A stretch of DNA of 54,931 nucleotides from a virus (taxonomy: Duplodnaviria; Caudoviricetes). A program made the position numbers and the translations under genes. Numbering within the stretch: the first letter of the stretch is position 1; each line of letters opens with the position of its first letter. The notes beneath the pieces were generated by a model, which saw only the letters and a list, made by a program, of their open reading frames with translations, ran no database searches and was not told the origin of the DNA. The DNA lies in IMG/VR virus record IMGVR_UViG_3300035180_000859, positions 1 to 54,931 of that record, one strand, 5' to 3'. Shown here one piece after another: positions 26,899 to 37,100 of the stretch.

Positions 26899-27300
26899 AT
26901 GACACAAACCATCGACCAAACCCTCGCCGAACGCGGCGCCCGCTACGGTGACTTTGAGGGACATGCCCAGATAACCCAGAGCATCAAAGTGGCGATGTAT
27001 GACAGCGACAGCTGGGATGCTCTGGATGACGACATCAAAGAATGTCTGGAGATGATTGCTCACAAGATCGGCCGAGTGCTGAACGGTGATCCCATGTATC
27101 CAGACAACTTCACAGACATCTGCGGGTATTCCAGACTGGTGGAAAAACGACTGTTGGCTCGAGAACAGATGATCAAAAGCGAAGCTGACAACGAACAGTC
27201 TGCACAACAAGCGGCGAACTTCGGGGAAGTTTCGGCAGCGCTCGGGGTGCTCCTACGGGCTGGTGTTATCAGGCAGACAGACGACGATGGCGACGCCTGA
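26899..27300 (+). CDS. DUF6378-like protein
   Basis: TLAERGARYGDF...HKIGRVLNGDP...DICGYSRL. Confidence 0.75.
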   Translation: MTQTIDQTLAERGARYGDFEGHAQITQSIKVAMYDSDSWDALDDDIKECLEMIAHKIGRVLNGDPMYPDNFTDICGYSRLVEKRLLAREQMIKSEADNEQSAQQAANFGEVSAALGVLLRAGVIRQTDDDGDA

Positions 27301-27715
27301 AAACACGTTTATTCAGGGGGTCCACAGGTATCTGCCTGTGGACCTCTACCGAATGAAAAACCACAACCAGTTTAACGCCGGCATTGCCGACGTCTGGTAC
27401 AGCGGCAACGCTGCTGATCTCTGGGTTGAATACAAACACATCACTATTCCAAAACGTCCTGACACTCTGATCACTATAAACCTTTCAGAGCTTCAGAAAA
27501 ACTGGCTTCGCAGCCGACACGCTGAAGGCCGAAACGTCGGAGTAATTATTGGATGCAAAGAAGGTGGCGTCTACTTCGAGGGTGTGTCTTGGGATTCGAC
27601 TTTTACCGCCGAGCAGTTCCGTAAATCAATTTCGACACGTGCTGATCTGGCCGCGTTAATAACCCTACATTGCAATCTATGCCAGCCCTACTCACAGTCG
27701 AAGAAGATGCGATAG
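27287..27715 (+). CDS. VRR-NUC/PD-(D/E)XK-like nuclease (putative resolvase)
   Basis: E...GIAD...WVEYK...LSELQKNWL. Confidence 0.75.
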   Translation: MATPENTFIQGVHRYLPVDLYRMKNHNQFNAGIADVWYSGNAADLWVEYKHITIPKRPDTLITINLSELQKNWLRSRHAEGRNVGVIIGCKEGGVYFEGVSWDSTFTAEQFRKSISTRADLAALITLHCNLCQPYSQSKKMR

Positions 27716-27897
27716 CCGCGGCCCAGGGCTGGAGTCTATGCCATGTTTATGACCTCGCCACTGAAAAGTGGCGAGTTCAGGTCTACGCACTGCCCAACTG
27801 TGAGCAAGCAGGTGCGTTCGTTGTCAACCAAGCGCGGATGGGCAACGCGATTTGTATAAAAGCATTACGGCTCATGCAAGCGAGCCATCAAGGATAA
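27679..27897 (+). CDS. Hypothetical protein
   Basis: AAAQGW motif; overlaps the nuclease 3' end. Confidence 0.55.
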   Translation: MPALLTVEEDAIAAAQGWSLCHVYDLATEKWRVQVYALPNCEQAGAFVVNQARMGNAICIKALRLMQASHQG

Positions 27898-27899
27898 AT

Positions 27900-28562
27900 A
27901 TGAGACTGAATAACCTGGAAGGTCGGGTCATCGGACGACTATTGGTGCAGGACAGAGCGGCCGACTACATCCAGCCAAATGGCAGAAAGCGCGTTCAGTG
28001 GAATTGTATCTGTATATGCGGAGGGCAGGCGACCGTCGAAGCCGGGAACCTATCCACTGGCCATACCCAGTCTTGCGGGTGCCTTGTTGCGGATATGTGT
28101 GCAGCTACTGGTTCTAAATTCGCAACCCATAGACAAACAAAGACTCGCGAATGATACGCATGGGTGAGCGCGCAGGGTAGGTGCAATAACCCAAATACTT
28201 CATCGTACAAGTACTACGGAGCCCGAGGGGTAACTTTCTGTAAACGTTGGACGAAGTCGTTTGAGAACTTTTATTCTGATATGGGTGCGTGTGCCCCGGG
28301 GCTTTCGCTTGAGCGTAAGGATGTTAACCGCGGATATGAGCCCTCCAATTGCAGATGGGCGTCAACCAAGGATCAGGCCAGAAATAAGCGCAGCACCATT
28401 CGCGTTACCTACCAAGGCATAGAGACATCCCTTGCCGCGTTAGCCGAATCCATGGGGCTCGAGTACCGAATTACTTATGAACGCTACCAGCGTCAGGGCT
28501 GGAGCATTGAAAAGACTGTCAACACACCAACGAGGCCACGAAAATGTTCCGTCCCACATTAG
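27900..28562 (+). pseudogene. HNH-type homing endonuclease interrupted by an in-frame TGA (28152-28154)
   Basis: WNCICICG...SCGC...HRQTKTRE*YAW...RC.NP...YGARG...C.RW...F..DMG...SLERKD.N.GY...NCRWA...Q.RN; both halves are in one frame. Confidence 0.8.
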
Positions 28563-29440
28563 CGGTTAATGCGAATCTTGAAAAAATTGATTGGAGCCGC
28601 GGCATGTATGCCAGCCCCAAACTCGACGGCATCCGTTGCAGCATCGTGGACGGCAAGGCTTTAAGCCGTACGCTTAAGCCGATTCCGAACAAGCATATCT
28701 ACGAACAGCTCAGCAACCATAAGTTGACGGGAATGGATGGTGAGTTGATTGTGGGCAGCCCAACCAGCAAAACTTGCTACACCGAGTCTGTGTCTAATGT
28801 CATGGCGTTTGACAAGGTGCCGGCCTACACGTACTACGTGTTTGACCTCCACACGCATGCACGGCCGTTCCGTGAACGCCGACAGGTCATGCTCGACTGT
28901 CTGGGTAATGGTCAATGGGGCAGGTACCCTCAAATCTGCCTACTCGAACAGAACCTCTTGGCCAACGAAGACGACATGCTGACCTACGAAGCAGCCAAGG
29001 TTGAAGAAGGTTACGAGGGCATCATCCTGCGCAGCCCCGACGCCCCCTACAAGCATGGGCGCAGCACGGTAAACGAAGGTTATTTGCTCAAGCTAAAAAG
29101 ATTTGAGGACAGCGAGGCCGAGATCATTGGCTTCGAGGAAGAGATGTTCAACGGGAACGAGGCGCAAACAAATGAACTGGGCAGAACAAAACGCAGCACA
29201 GCGCAGGCGGGTCTCGTGGGCAAAAACACATTGGGCGCGTTTCTTGTCAGAGACGTCCACACCGGAGTCGAGTTCTCAATTGGGACTGGGCTTACGGCCC
29301 TCGAGCGAGGAATCTTCTGGGCCCATCAAGATGAATATGTTGGCAAGCTCGTGCGCTATAAATTCTTCCCGGTTGGTGTCGTTAACAAACCTAGACACCC
29401 AGTCTTCACCGGTTTCAGGGACTTGAGAGACCTGTCATGA
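28544..29440 (+). CDS. lig: ATP-dependent DNA ligase
   Basis: SPKLDGIR (motif I), DGEL, VFD, EGIIL, LLKLK and an OB-fold tail GTG...RHPVF. Confidence 0.92.
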   Translation: MFRPTLAVNANLEKIDWSRGMYASPKLDGIRCSIVDGKALSRTLKPIPNKHIYEQLSNHKLTGMDGELIVGSPTSKTCYTESVSNVMAFDKVPAYTYYVFDLHTHARPFRERRQVMLDCLGNGQWGRYPQICLLEQNLLANEDDMLTYEAAKVEEGYEGIILRSPDAPYKHGRSTVNEGYLLKLKRFEDSEAEIIGFEEEMFNGNEAQTNELGRTKRSTAQAGLVGKNTLGAFLVRDVHTGVEFSIGTGLTALERGIFWAHQDEYVGKLVRYKFFPVGVVNKPRHPVFTGFRDLRDLS

Positions 29441-29489
29441 CGTGCACTCACTACACCACATCATGGATGGAACAAACAAGGAAAACCCA

Positions 29490-29837
29490 ATGAACTTTGA
29501 CCAAGACGACTTCGCCATCCAGCTGGTGTACCTGGTGGCGGGCGCTGAACCTCGGATTGACATTCAACACATCACGAACCGCCTCATGGGCTCCGAGAGT
29601 GATCACCCGCTACACGCTGGCGGCGGGCACATCGGAATGGTGGAGGACCTCATCTCATACGCCAAGCAGGTGTCAGCTTATCTGCGCACCAGGCCCGATG
29701 GTCAGGAGTTTCCCGGGGTGTTCGAGTACGAAGTCACCGAGCCCCTTGGGGCTTGGTTGGCTGACAACTGGGAGACCGTGGGCCTATATTCTTTCAACAC
29801 CGAACTAGAGGCGCGGGCTGCTGCGTTTTTTGCCTAA
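29490..29837 (+). CDS. Hypothetical protein
   Basis: AAGGA RBS; FPGVFEYEVTEPLGAWL. Confidence 0.7.
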   Translation: MNFDQDDFAIQLVYLVAGAEPRIDIQHITNRLMGSESDHPLHAGGGHIGMVEDLISYAKQVSAYLRTRPDGQEFPGVFEYEVTEPLGAWLADNWETVGLYSFNTELEARAAAFFA

Positions 29838-30034
29838 TGACCCACAAACTTACCGCCGATGGTGCAGCTGTTGTCGCTCCCGACATTAACTGGCTACCCA
29901 TCGACAAAAACACACCGATTGGCGTCCGCATGATGCTGATTGAAAAATCTCAGGGTGTAACCTACGTACGCGCCCACTTCTCGGACGATGGCTTTGACCA
30001 TTGGTTTCCGCTCCCCACTTTTAAGAAAGACTGA
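29837..30034 (+). CDS. Small DUF551-like protein
   Basis: WLPID...HWFPLPTF. Confidence 0.65.
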   Translation: MTHKLTADGAAVVAPDINWLPIDKNTPIGVRMMLIEKSQGVTYVRAHFSDDGFDHWFPLPTFKKD

Positions 30035-30035
30035 T

Positions 30036-30338
30036 ATGAGCTATTCTGAAGTTGAAATGAAAGTCCTCCAGTGGGGCGAAGCTCGGGGCATCGTCAAGAA
30101 TGCCAAACCCCTAGGTCAGGCGATCAAGACTCTTGAAGAGACTACCGAGCTGTTGGACGCCATCAACCGTGGCCACCGGGACGACACAGTTGATGCTGTC
30201 GGTGACGTAGTAGTCACGCTCATCATGGTGTGCGCCACCCTTGACCTCGACCTGGTGGCGTGTCTACACTATGCCTATGACCAGATCAAAGATCGCAAGG
30301 GCTACCTGACGCCTCAGGGCGTGTTCGTCAAGCAATGA
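30036..30338 (+). CDS. mazG: MazG-like nucleotide pyrophosphohydrolase
   Basis: WGEARGI...KTLEETTEL...DAVGD...AYDQIKDRKG...FVK. Confidence 0.85.
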   Translation: MSYSEVEMKVLQWGEARGIVKNAKPLGQAIKTLEETTELLDAINRGHRDDTVDAVGDVVVTLIMVCATLDLDLVACLHYAYDQIKDRKGYLTPQGVFVKQ

Positions 30339-30431
30339 TCCCGGAGCCGCTGCCCAGGGGGCAGACGCTAAAAAGGCTCAGCAAATATTTTTCCACCAAC
30401 GGGCGCTTAGCCCACAACCTTGAGAGCAGCT

Positions 30432-30629
30432 ATGCAAATTTATAAGACATTCGCTACCAACACAGAAACAGGTGCCGTGGCCATCAGTTGGCAGGGCAGC
30501 CAGACAGAAGCCAGCAAGGCGCGATCTGGTGCCAAGGCCGTCGGGCGTAAGGCCGAGAGCCAAACTGTTAACATCCCGACCGCTAAAGGCCCTCTGATTG
30601 AGTGGCTCAACGAGAACGTCTCTGCATGA
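30432..30629 (+). CDS. Hypothetical protein
   Basis: GAGAG RBS; IPTAKGPLIEWLN. Confidence 0.6.
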   Translation: MQIYKTFATNTETGAVAISWQGSQTEASKARSGAKAVGRKAESQTVNIPTAKGPLIEWLNENVSA

Positions 30630-30969
30630 ATTTTCAGCCACTGTTCACCACCTCGCGTGTGGTAGTGGCTGTGTACCGCACGCTGTCGACCACCGTCTTG
30701 TTGTATTACCTGATGAAGCGCATGAAGAATGGCCGAGCGCCACGCGATCATCACCACGGCAGGTTCGGGACGGAGTAACACGTCGGGCCTTCTTAAGCGG
30801 AGGAGGCCCGACATGTTTTTCGATGACCGTAGGTGGACGCTCCACCCCTAGCAGGCTGCTTTACTGCCTGTGCGAATAGCCCCGAAATACACCTGTTCTC
30901 AGCAAATATTCGCCTTCATCCGCACAGCACGTCAAACAATCTACCTGCTGCGAAAATGCTGATTTTGTA

Positions 30970-31127
30970 CGTAATTAGTGTAATCAAAAAGTTGCTCTAC
31001 AAGCCTTCTATCCCTACTTATTACATATATTACACTTTACACTCTTTAAATTAAGATTAAGAAATATATAGTGTAATAAAGGAGTAGTAGAGTTTTATAG
31101 AGAGGAGTTTTGAAACTTGTGTAACGT
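30970..31127 (-). repeat. 158-bp AT-rich inverted repeat, right copy
   Basis: Reverse complement of 4795-4952 (156/158); sits where the replication and virion modules converge. Confidence 0.95.
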
Positions 31128-31136
31128 TATGTTTTC

Positions 31137-34100
31137 TCAGTCCGCAAACATAGGCCCTCCGTCCGACCCGCCACCGATCGATTCTTTGTACAACGCGTTC
31201 GCTGGCAGTGCATCCATCACTGTGCTACCCGCCGGCTTCTTGCCGCTCAGTGTCTGCAGCCCATCCACCAGCTGCTCGATCGTCGGGCCCGTCAGCGCCC
31301 CGACCCCAATGCCACCATGGTGGATGTCTGTGGCGACGTCGAGCCCGAACTGCCCGACCCCCAACAGCCCAGCTCGCTGTATGCCGTACCCGATGTAGTC
31401 AGACAGGTCCCAACCTTTCTTCCACTCGGGTGTGTCGCCACCACCTTGAATCAGACCCTTGGCTGTGTCGGCAGCGATCATGATGGGCACGTAGCTGGCC
31501 AGAGCGGCCATCGGCGCATAGTTGCCGTGACGCATCTCGTGCATGACCCGCCCGAGGATCACTTTCTGGAAGGCGAACACAAACTGTTTCAAGTGAGCGA
31601 TCAGCGCATAGTGCGGGTCATTCATCCAGATCGGCTTGTTGGCTGCATCGGGTCTCAGCACCGCCCCGTCAACCCATTGGTTGATAGCTGCATGAACCCT
31701 CGTCACTTGGGCGGATGTCAGCCCATCAGCTTCAGTCAGGGCAATGTGGTCGCCTACCTTGACAATATCCCCTTTACGCAGGCCCAACTCGCGCATCCAG
31801 CGCTTGCTGTGGGTTGAGTCACCCAGGCCCTCGAGTCCCCCCGCATGCCGCCCGAGGAACCTGACCGCCGCCTCAACCGCACCCACACGGAAGCTACGGT
31901 TCAGCCCTTCAACAAGGTTGTACTTGAAATAGGCATTGTTGATCTTCTGCGCGGTGCCACCAACCATACCCTGTGAAAATACATCCCCCATGACACTGCC
32001 CATCATGGAGCTGTCCACGGCGCCCACCAGCTCAGCCCACTTGGTACCCTGGTCGGCGGCCACACTACCCTCTTTGCTAAAGGTCTGCGTGACACCCTTC
32101 ATCCCCCGTCTAAATGCCCCCCAGGCGTCGTTGATCGTACCGCCGCGTACTACGAGGCCCATCGGGTCAATCAACATGCTGAAGGCCGCCATTGGCAGCA
32201 GCCGCACGTTCTGGTAGACGAGCATATTGCCCACCATTCGGCGCGCGGTAGGGTTCATGTCGTCGCCCAGCGTGCCGTCGACACCCTTCATGAAGTCTTC
32301 TGCCAGGTTCAGATGTTCTTTCGACGCACCCTGGCCCTTGGCATCTGCCAACAGCTGTTCAAGCTTGCCATTACCCAGTCGCCGGGTCCACTCAGCCTTG
32401 CGCGCGGCCTGGTTGATGTAGCTGCTCATGGTCGTGAAGAGATTCTTCTCCAGGAACTGTGCTGCATCAGCGGGGGTGATGAATGACAACAACCGCTCCT
32501 TGGTGTGTTGCATACCCGGCTGGTTTGTTTCGCGGCTATCAATCCCGAGCTCCGCCCCCCCATGGCTCGTCAGCCGGCTGATCAGGCTGTCGGCTGAACC
32601 CTTCATTGCGCCGCTACGGATGTAGGGCTCCAGCATATCCCTGAACGCCTGCTGGTTCTTGCTGATGTAGTGAGTGTCCCAGACACGCGGGAAGTAATCA
32701 GGCCCGAGGTTGCCGAGCTTGACTCCAGCCTGGGTCATGTACTTATGAGACTCAGCCAAGAACTGCTTGATGTTGCGCACTGCCAGTTGCGCCTCTGGGC
32801 TTGCCGCAGGCTTGTTACCCTGCAGCGCCTCCATGGTGTCGTGGGCCTGTTCATCGCTTAGACCGTGCAGCAGCTCGCCAAACTCGGTGCGCATCTTCGT
32901 CGCTTTGATGCGCGATGCCTGTATGAAACCTTGATCGCCGCCCTCGGTGGTAGAGTCCCGGTTGATGATGTCAGCCAGGTCTCTGAGCGCTGGGATACCG
33001 GTGTTGCGCAAGCGATCGCCCCCCATACCCACCAGCGCGTCGGCCAGCCTGCCCAACGGCTCAGTGAAGCTTCGGGCGGTGTCGAGAATTTGGCTCTTGT
33101 GGCTGTCCATCAGTACGTGACGTACAGCACTTGGGCTGCCCATGTCACGGGCGTACTGCCCCTCATGGAAGTAATTCATGATGTGCTGGGCACGCTCGTC
33201 GTTGGTCCAGGTGCCCATGACTTTGCGGATGAACGCAGCAATTCTCTGGAACGTGTTTCTGGCGTTGATCGACACTTTGAAGCCCTTAGGGTCAGCGGCC
33301 CACATCTGATACATGTAGGCAGCGCGCTCCTCCGGGTCTTTGAGCTGCTTGAGAACTTCTGGCTGGTTCTTAAAGAGCTCATTGAGCTGCTTGATCACGT
33401 GCTCACTGGACGCAGTTTTCGTCACCACGTTGATGATGTCGTGCGCGCCAGCGTCGCGCAGCTGCGCAAAGAAGGCGTGCAGGCTCTCGTGGTACGCCGT
33501 GCTCATGGGGTCAAGTGCGTGGATGCTCAGGCGGATGATGTCCCCGGTTCTCGCACGGGTAAATTCACCGGCGTGAGTGAACGAGGCCCATGCCAGCTTG
33601 ACAGATTTACCCAGGACCTTCTCGATGTGGTCCTTGATGTCGCTTGAGCTATAGGTCTTGGCGTTGTTGATGTTCGGGTCAGTGGACTCGGCGGATCGTT
33701 TGTCTTCACCAGACTTCGCGGCTGCCGCCGTCTTGGCGGCTTGGGCTTTTGGGTCGGGGGAGCCCTCGAAGTCTTTCAGGCTGCTGTCACCCTCAGCCAC
33801 AGACTTGGACTTTGCCAGCAGTGTCATCAGGTCCGCCTTGTAGTCACTGAGCTGGTCCTGCCGGTCAACGCTCGCTCCCTTCTCGTTTTTCTGCCGCTCC
33901 AGCACCCGGTCGAGCTGGGCCCTGGCCCACGAGGCGATGGCTGCGTTATCGGCGGGGGTGTAGCTGGCGGGCGGGTTGTTCAAGTACTCTTGGCGCTTGG
34001 CGATGGCGTTGGCCAGGATGTTGGGCTTGGGGGCGCTGATGGCCTCAGGCTTGGCGTTCTTACGACTAGCAATCTCGGTCTCGAGCGCGTCGAGCCTAGC

Positions 34101-37100
34101 ATTCATCATACCAGGATCATAGTTTTCGCCACCGCGTGACCCCGACTCCTCTCGGTGTGGGGCGATAGCGCGCTCCATTGCCGCTTCCTTCGTCAGCCAC
34201 GCCAGACTAGCGTTCTTGAACTCAGCGGTCTCGCGCTTAGCAAGAGTGAAAAAGTCCTCTTTCGGCACCGCCATGGGCGCGGAAGGAGCCTTCTTTCCAC
34301 GTGGCCCCACGACACTCTCAACGAGCTTGCCATACTTCTCTGCCAGTGGGTTGATGATCTCAGCGAGCTCTGAGGGCTTCTTAAGCACCGGCACACGGTC
34401 GAGTGATGCCCGGTCTTTGTCAGTCATGCGGATTAGAACCTCGGCGGGCAGCAGGCTCTTGAGCCTGTCACCTAGTGCTTGCTGCGCCTTGCTGGTCCTG
34501 GCCTTGAGCTCATTGGCTACGTTATCTAGAGCTTCGCGGGCGTCGGCACGATTGCTGATCCACTGGCCGGAGCCATCGAGGTTGGCACCTCGCCCAGGGG
34601 TTTCCCCGTTCATCGCAGTGGTAAGATGAATATTCTCGTCGCTGCCAATCTCCCTGCGTCCTTGGCCGAGGTCGTTGCCGGTGCGGTCAGCGTCGTGCAG
34701 CGAGCTGCTGCTCATTTTGCTCGGGCCATACTTCCCAAACATCCCGGTGTCTTCCATCTGGCGCGAAGGCACACGGCTGTAGAGCCCGCCATGTGCATCA
34801 CCAGCCAACAGCTGCATGGCTCCGGCCTTGGTCAACATACCATTGTCGTCGTACCGACCGTCTTTCAGTTCGTGTGGGCCTGACGGGAAGTTTACACGTG
34901 GTTTGCGGTCACCCTTCACGTTCATGACCTGGGTGTCGCGCAACTTCTCAGCATAGCGTGCAGCAGAAGTTTGCTCGTCGCCGCCTGCAGTCAGCTCTCG
35001 GTCCTTCTCGAAGTCTGCCAGCTTCTGAACTTCTTTGATGATCTCCGCCCTGTCTCGCCCCGACGCTGTTTTATAGTCTGCGCGCAGATCGGCGAGTTTC
35101 GCCTTACCTGTAGCGCTCATACGGTCCTCAGCCGTGTCGAAGCGCAGTTTCTTGGCCTCCCCCCAGGTCAGTGGCTTGCCACCGATACGCCCAATCACAG
35201 CATCGTTCGACACGTTGATTTTCTGTTTGAACTGTGCGCTCAACAGAGCAATACCCTGCTTGAACCCATCAATCAGACGCTGAGCCGATGTCGTAGGCAC
35301 GTCGCTCTGGAACTTGTCCTGCATCTTGTTGCGCATGAACTTGGCAACCTTAACCGCGTCGATGATGTGCAGGGGGCTCTTTTTGCCCCCGGTCGTAACT
35401 TTTGTGCCGATTTCAATGCGACTTGGGCTGTTTGAGTGCAGCTTGGCATCGAGTTTCATGCGATCCAGCTCGTCAGCGTTAAACTCGCCCGGGTTCTTGC
35501 GGTCCTCGACCACGATGTGGCCAAACTCTGAGCCCTCCATCTTCTCGAACCGGATGTCGTATCCGTTCTGTTCAGCGGTGCGCAGCAGGCGCGGCGGAAT
35601 CTTGTTTCCGTCTTTGTCGTATTTTTCCTCAGAGTATGTGCTGTACTTATCCTTGAGCGCTTGTAGGTATTTCTCAGCGTACTGGCTCTTCTCGTGCATC
35701 GCCGTGCCGTTGATGACGCTGCTCTGGTGGCCACTGATGTTTGGCTTGCTCAGGCCGAAGTAGGTCTTGTCCTGCTCCGCGTCCTGCAGCCGGTTGCCGT
35801 CCTCGTCGAAGTTGTCCTTGGCCCTGAGCTCGTCGCCGTGCTCGTTGGTGAGCACATCGTCGTTGTAATCAGCACCTCCGCCGCGCTCCATATTCGGGCT
35901 GCCTTCTTGGTCTGGTCCCCGTAACGGGCCAACACCGGCTTGCCTCAGTACATCATTAAAATTTCGAGTGTCTCCGGGAGTCTGACTCCGTTTAGCCTCC
36001 TGCTCGATGCGCTTGCTCACCGCGTCGGCATGTTCGCCAAAGTGCTCCTGCATCAGCTCAGCCATCTTCGAATTGATCGCCTTGGCTTCTTCGGGGGTGG
36101 AGTTTCTGGTCAGCTCGCCCCGGGCATGTCTCACCATCGTGTCGGCGAATTCGGGCAGCATGCCCTTGGCCAGGCTCGACTTGAACGACTCGTCTGTCAT
36201 TGACCGGGTAAGAAACTGTTGTAGGTCGCCTCGACTCTTTTGCGCGTCGTCGACCCGGTTGATGGCTTTGAAAATCCGGTCAGTCTGCGCCGGGTCGAGG
36301 TTCGCCCCAGCCAGCACACGACTTACGGTATTAATCACGTGGGGGGCATCTTTACCGAACACGTCCGCCATCTTGCTGACCACCTGCTCGCTTAACTTAC
36401 CTTTGACGGCTTGCTCGGCCACCACTCGTAGTGCATCGGCCATCGAGTTGATCGACTCGTCACTGCCGAACAGTTCAGGGCGCTTGGTGACGATACCTGA
36501 CTCCTGGATGGCCTTGGCCACCGCCGCGTTGGCACCGGAGTAGTCCTCAGATTTTTTGGACAGGGACTCGATGTAGGCCTGACGTGCCTCAGCGGGGTCC
36601 ATGCCCTCAGCTTCACGGGCGTCGAGAAAAGCTTTGCGTTCAGCGATGGTAGGCTTGGTGGCAGGTGGTGGGGTGTATCCCAGTTGCTCGGGCGCTGAGG
36701 TGGGTTCATCCACCGTACGCGCTTCGACATCCACATCGGCCCTCTCTGCGGCCGCCTTCGACTTGGCGTACTCATCTTTCACGGTGTCGACAAAGTCGTT
36801 GACCATCTGGCTACCAGCCTTGGCGGTGTCCCAGGTCTTCTTGAGCCCGGCCATCGCCATCTGACCTGTGCGGTCCTTGATGTTGCTCATGGCGTCCAGG
36901 ACATCAGCGCGTTTGGCAGCGTCCAGCCCAGCATCGTCGAGCATCTCTTTGCCCCACTTTGTGGCTGCCTTGACGTGCTCGTTGTCAGACAGCTCGATCA
37001 AGCGGCGCTTGGCTTCGTCGGTTGTGGCTCTGGCCCAGTCACCTGGGTTCACGCCCAGTTCTTCGCCGTTTAGAACCTTGTCGACGGTATCATCAAACTT

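Noticed and set aside
10295-28154. Genome-wide stop-codon reassignment suggested by the in-frame TAG and TGA
   Set aside because: TAG (for example at 1995 and 25423) and TGA (many ATGA overlaps) both end normal genes, long core genes are uninterrupted, and no suppressor tRNA was seen.
4795-31127. Inverted repeats as transposon or IS ends
   Set aside because: No transposase is recognisable, no target-site duplication is evident, and the enclosed genes are core phage replication genes.
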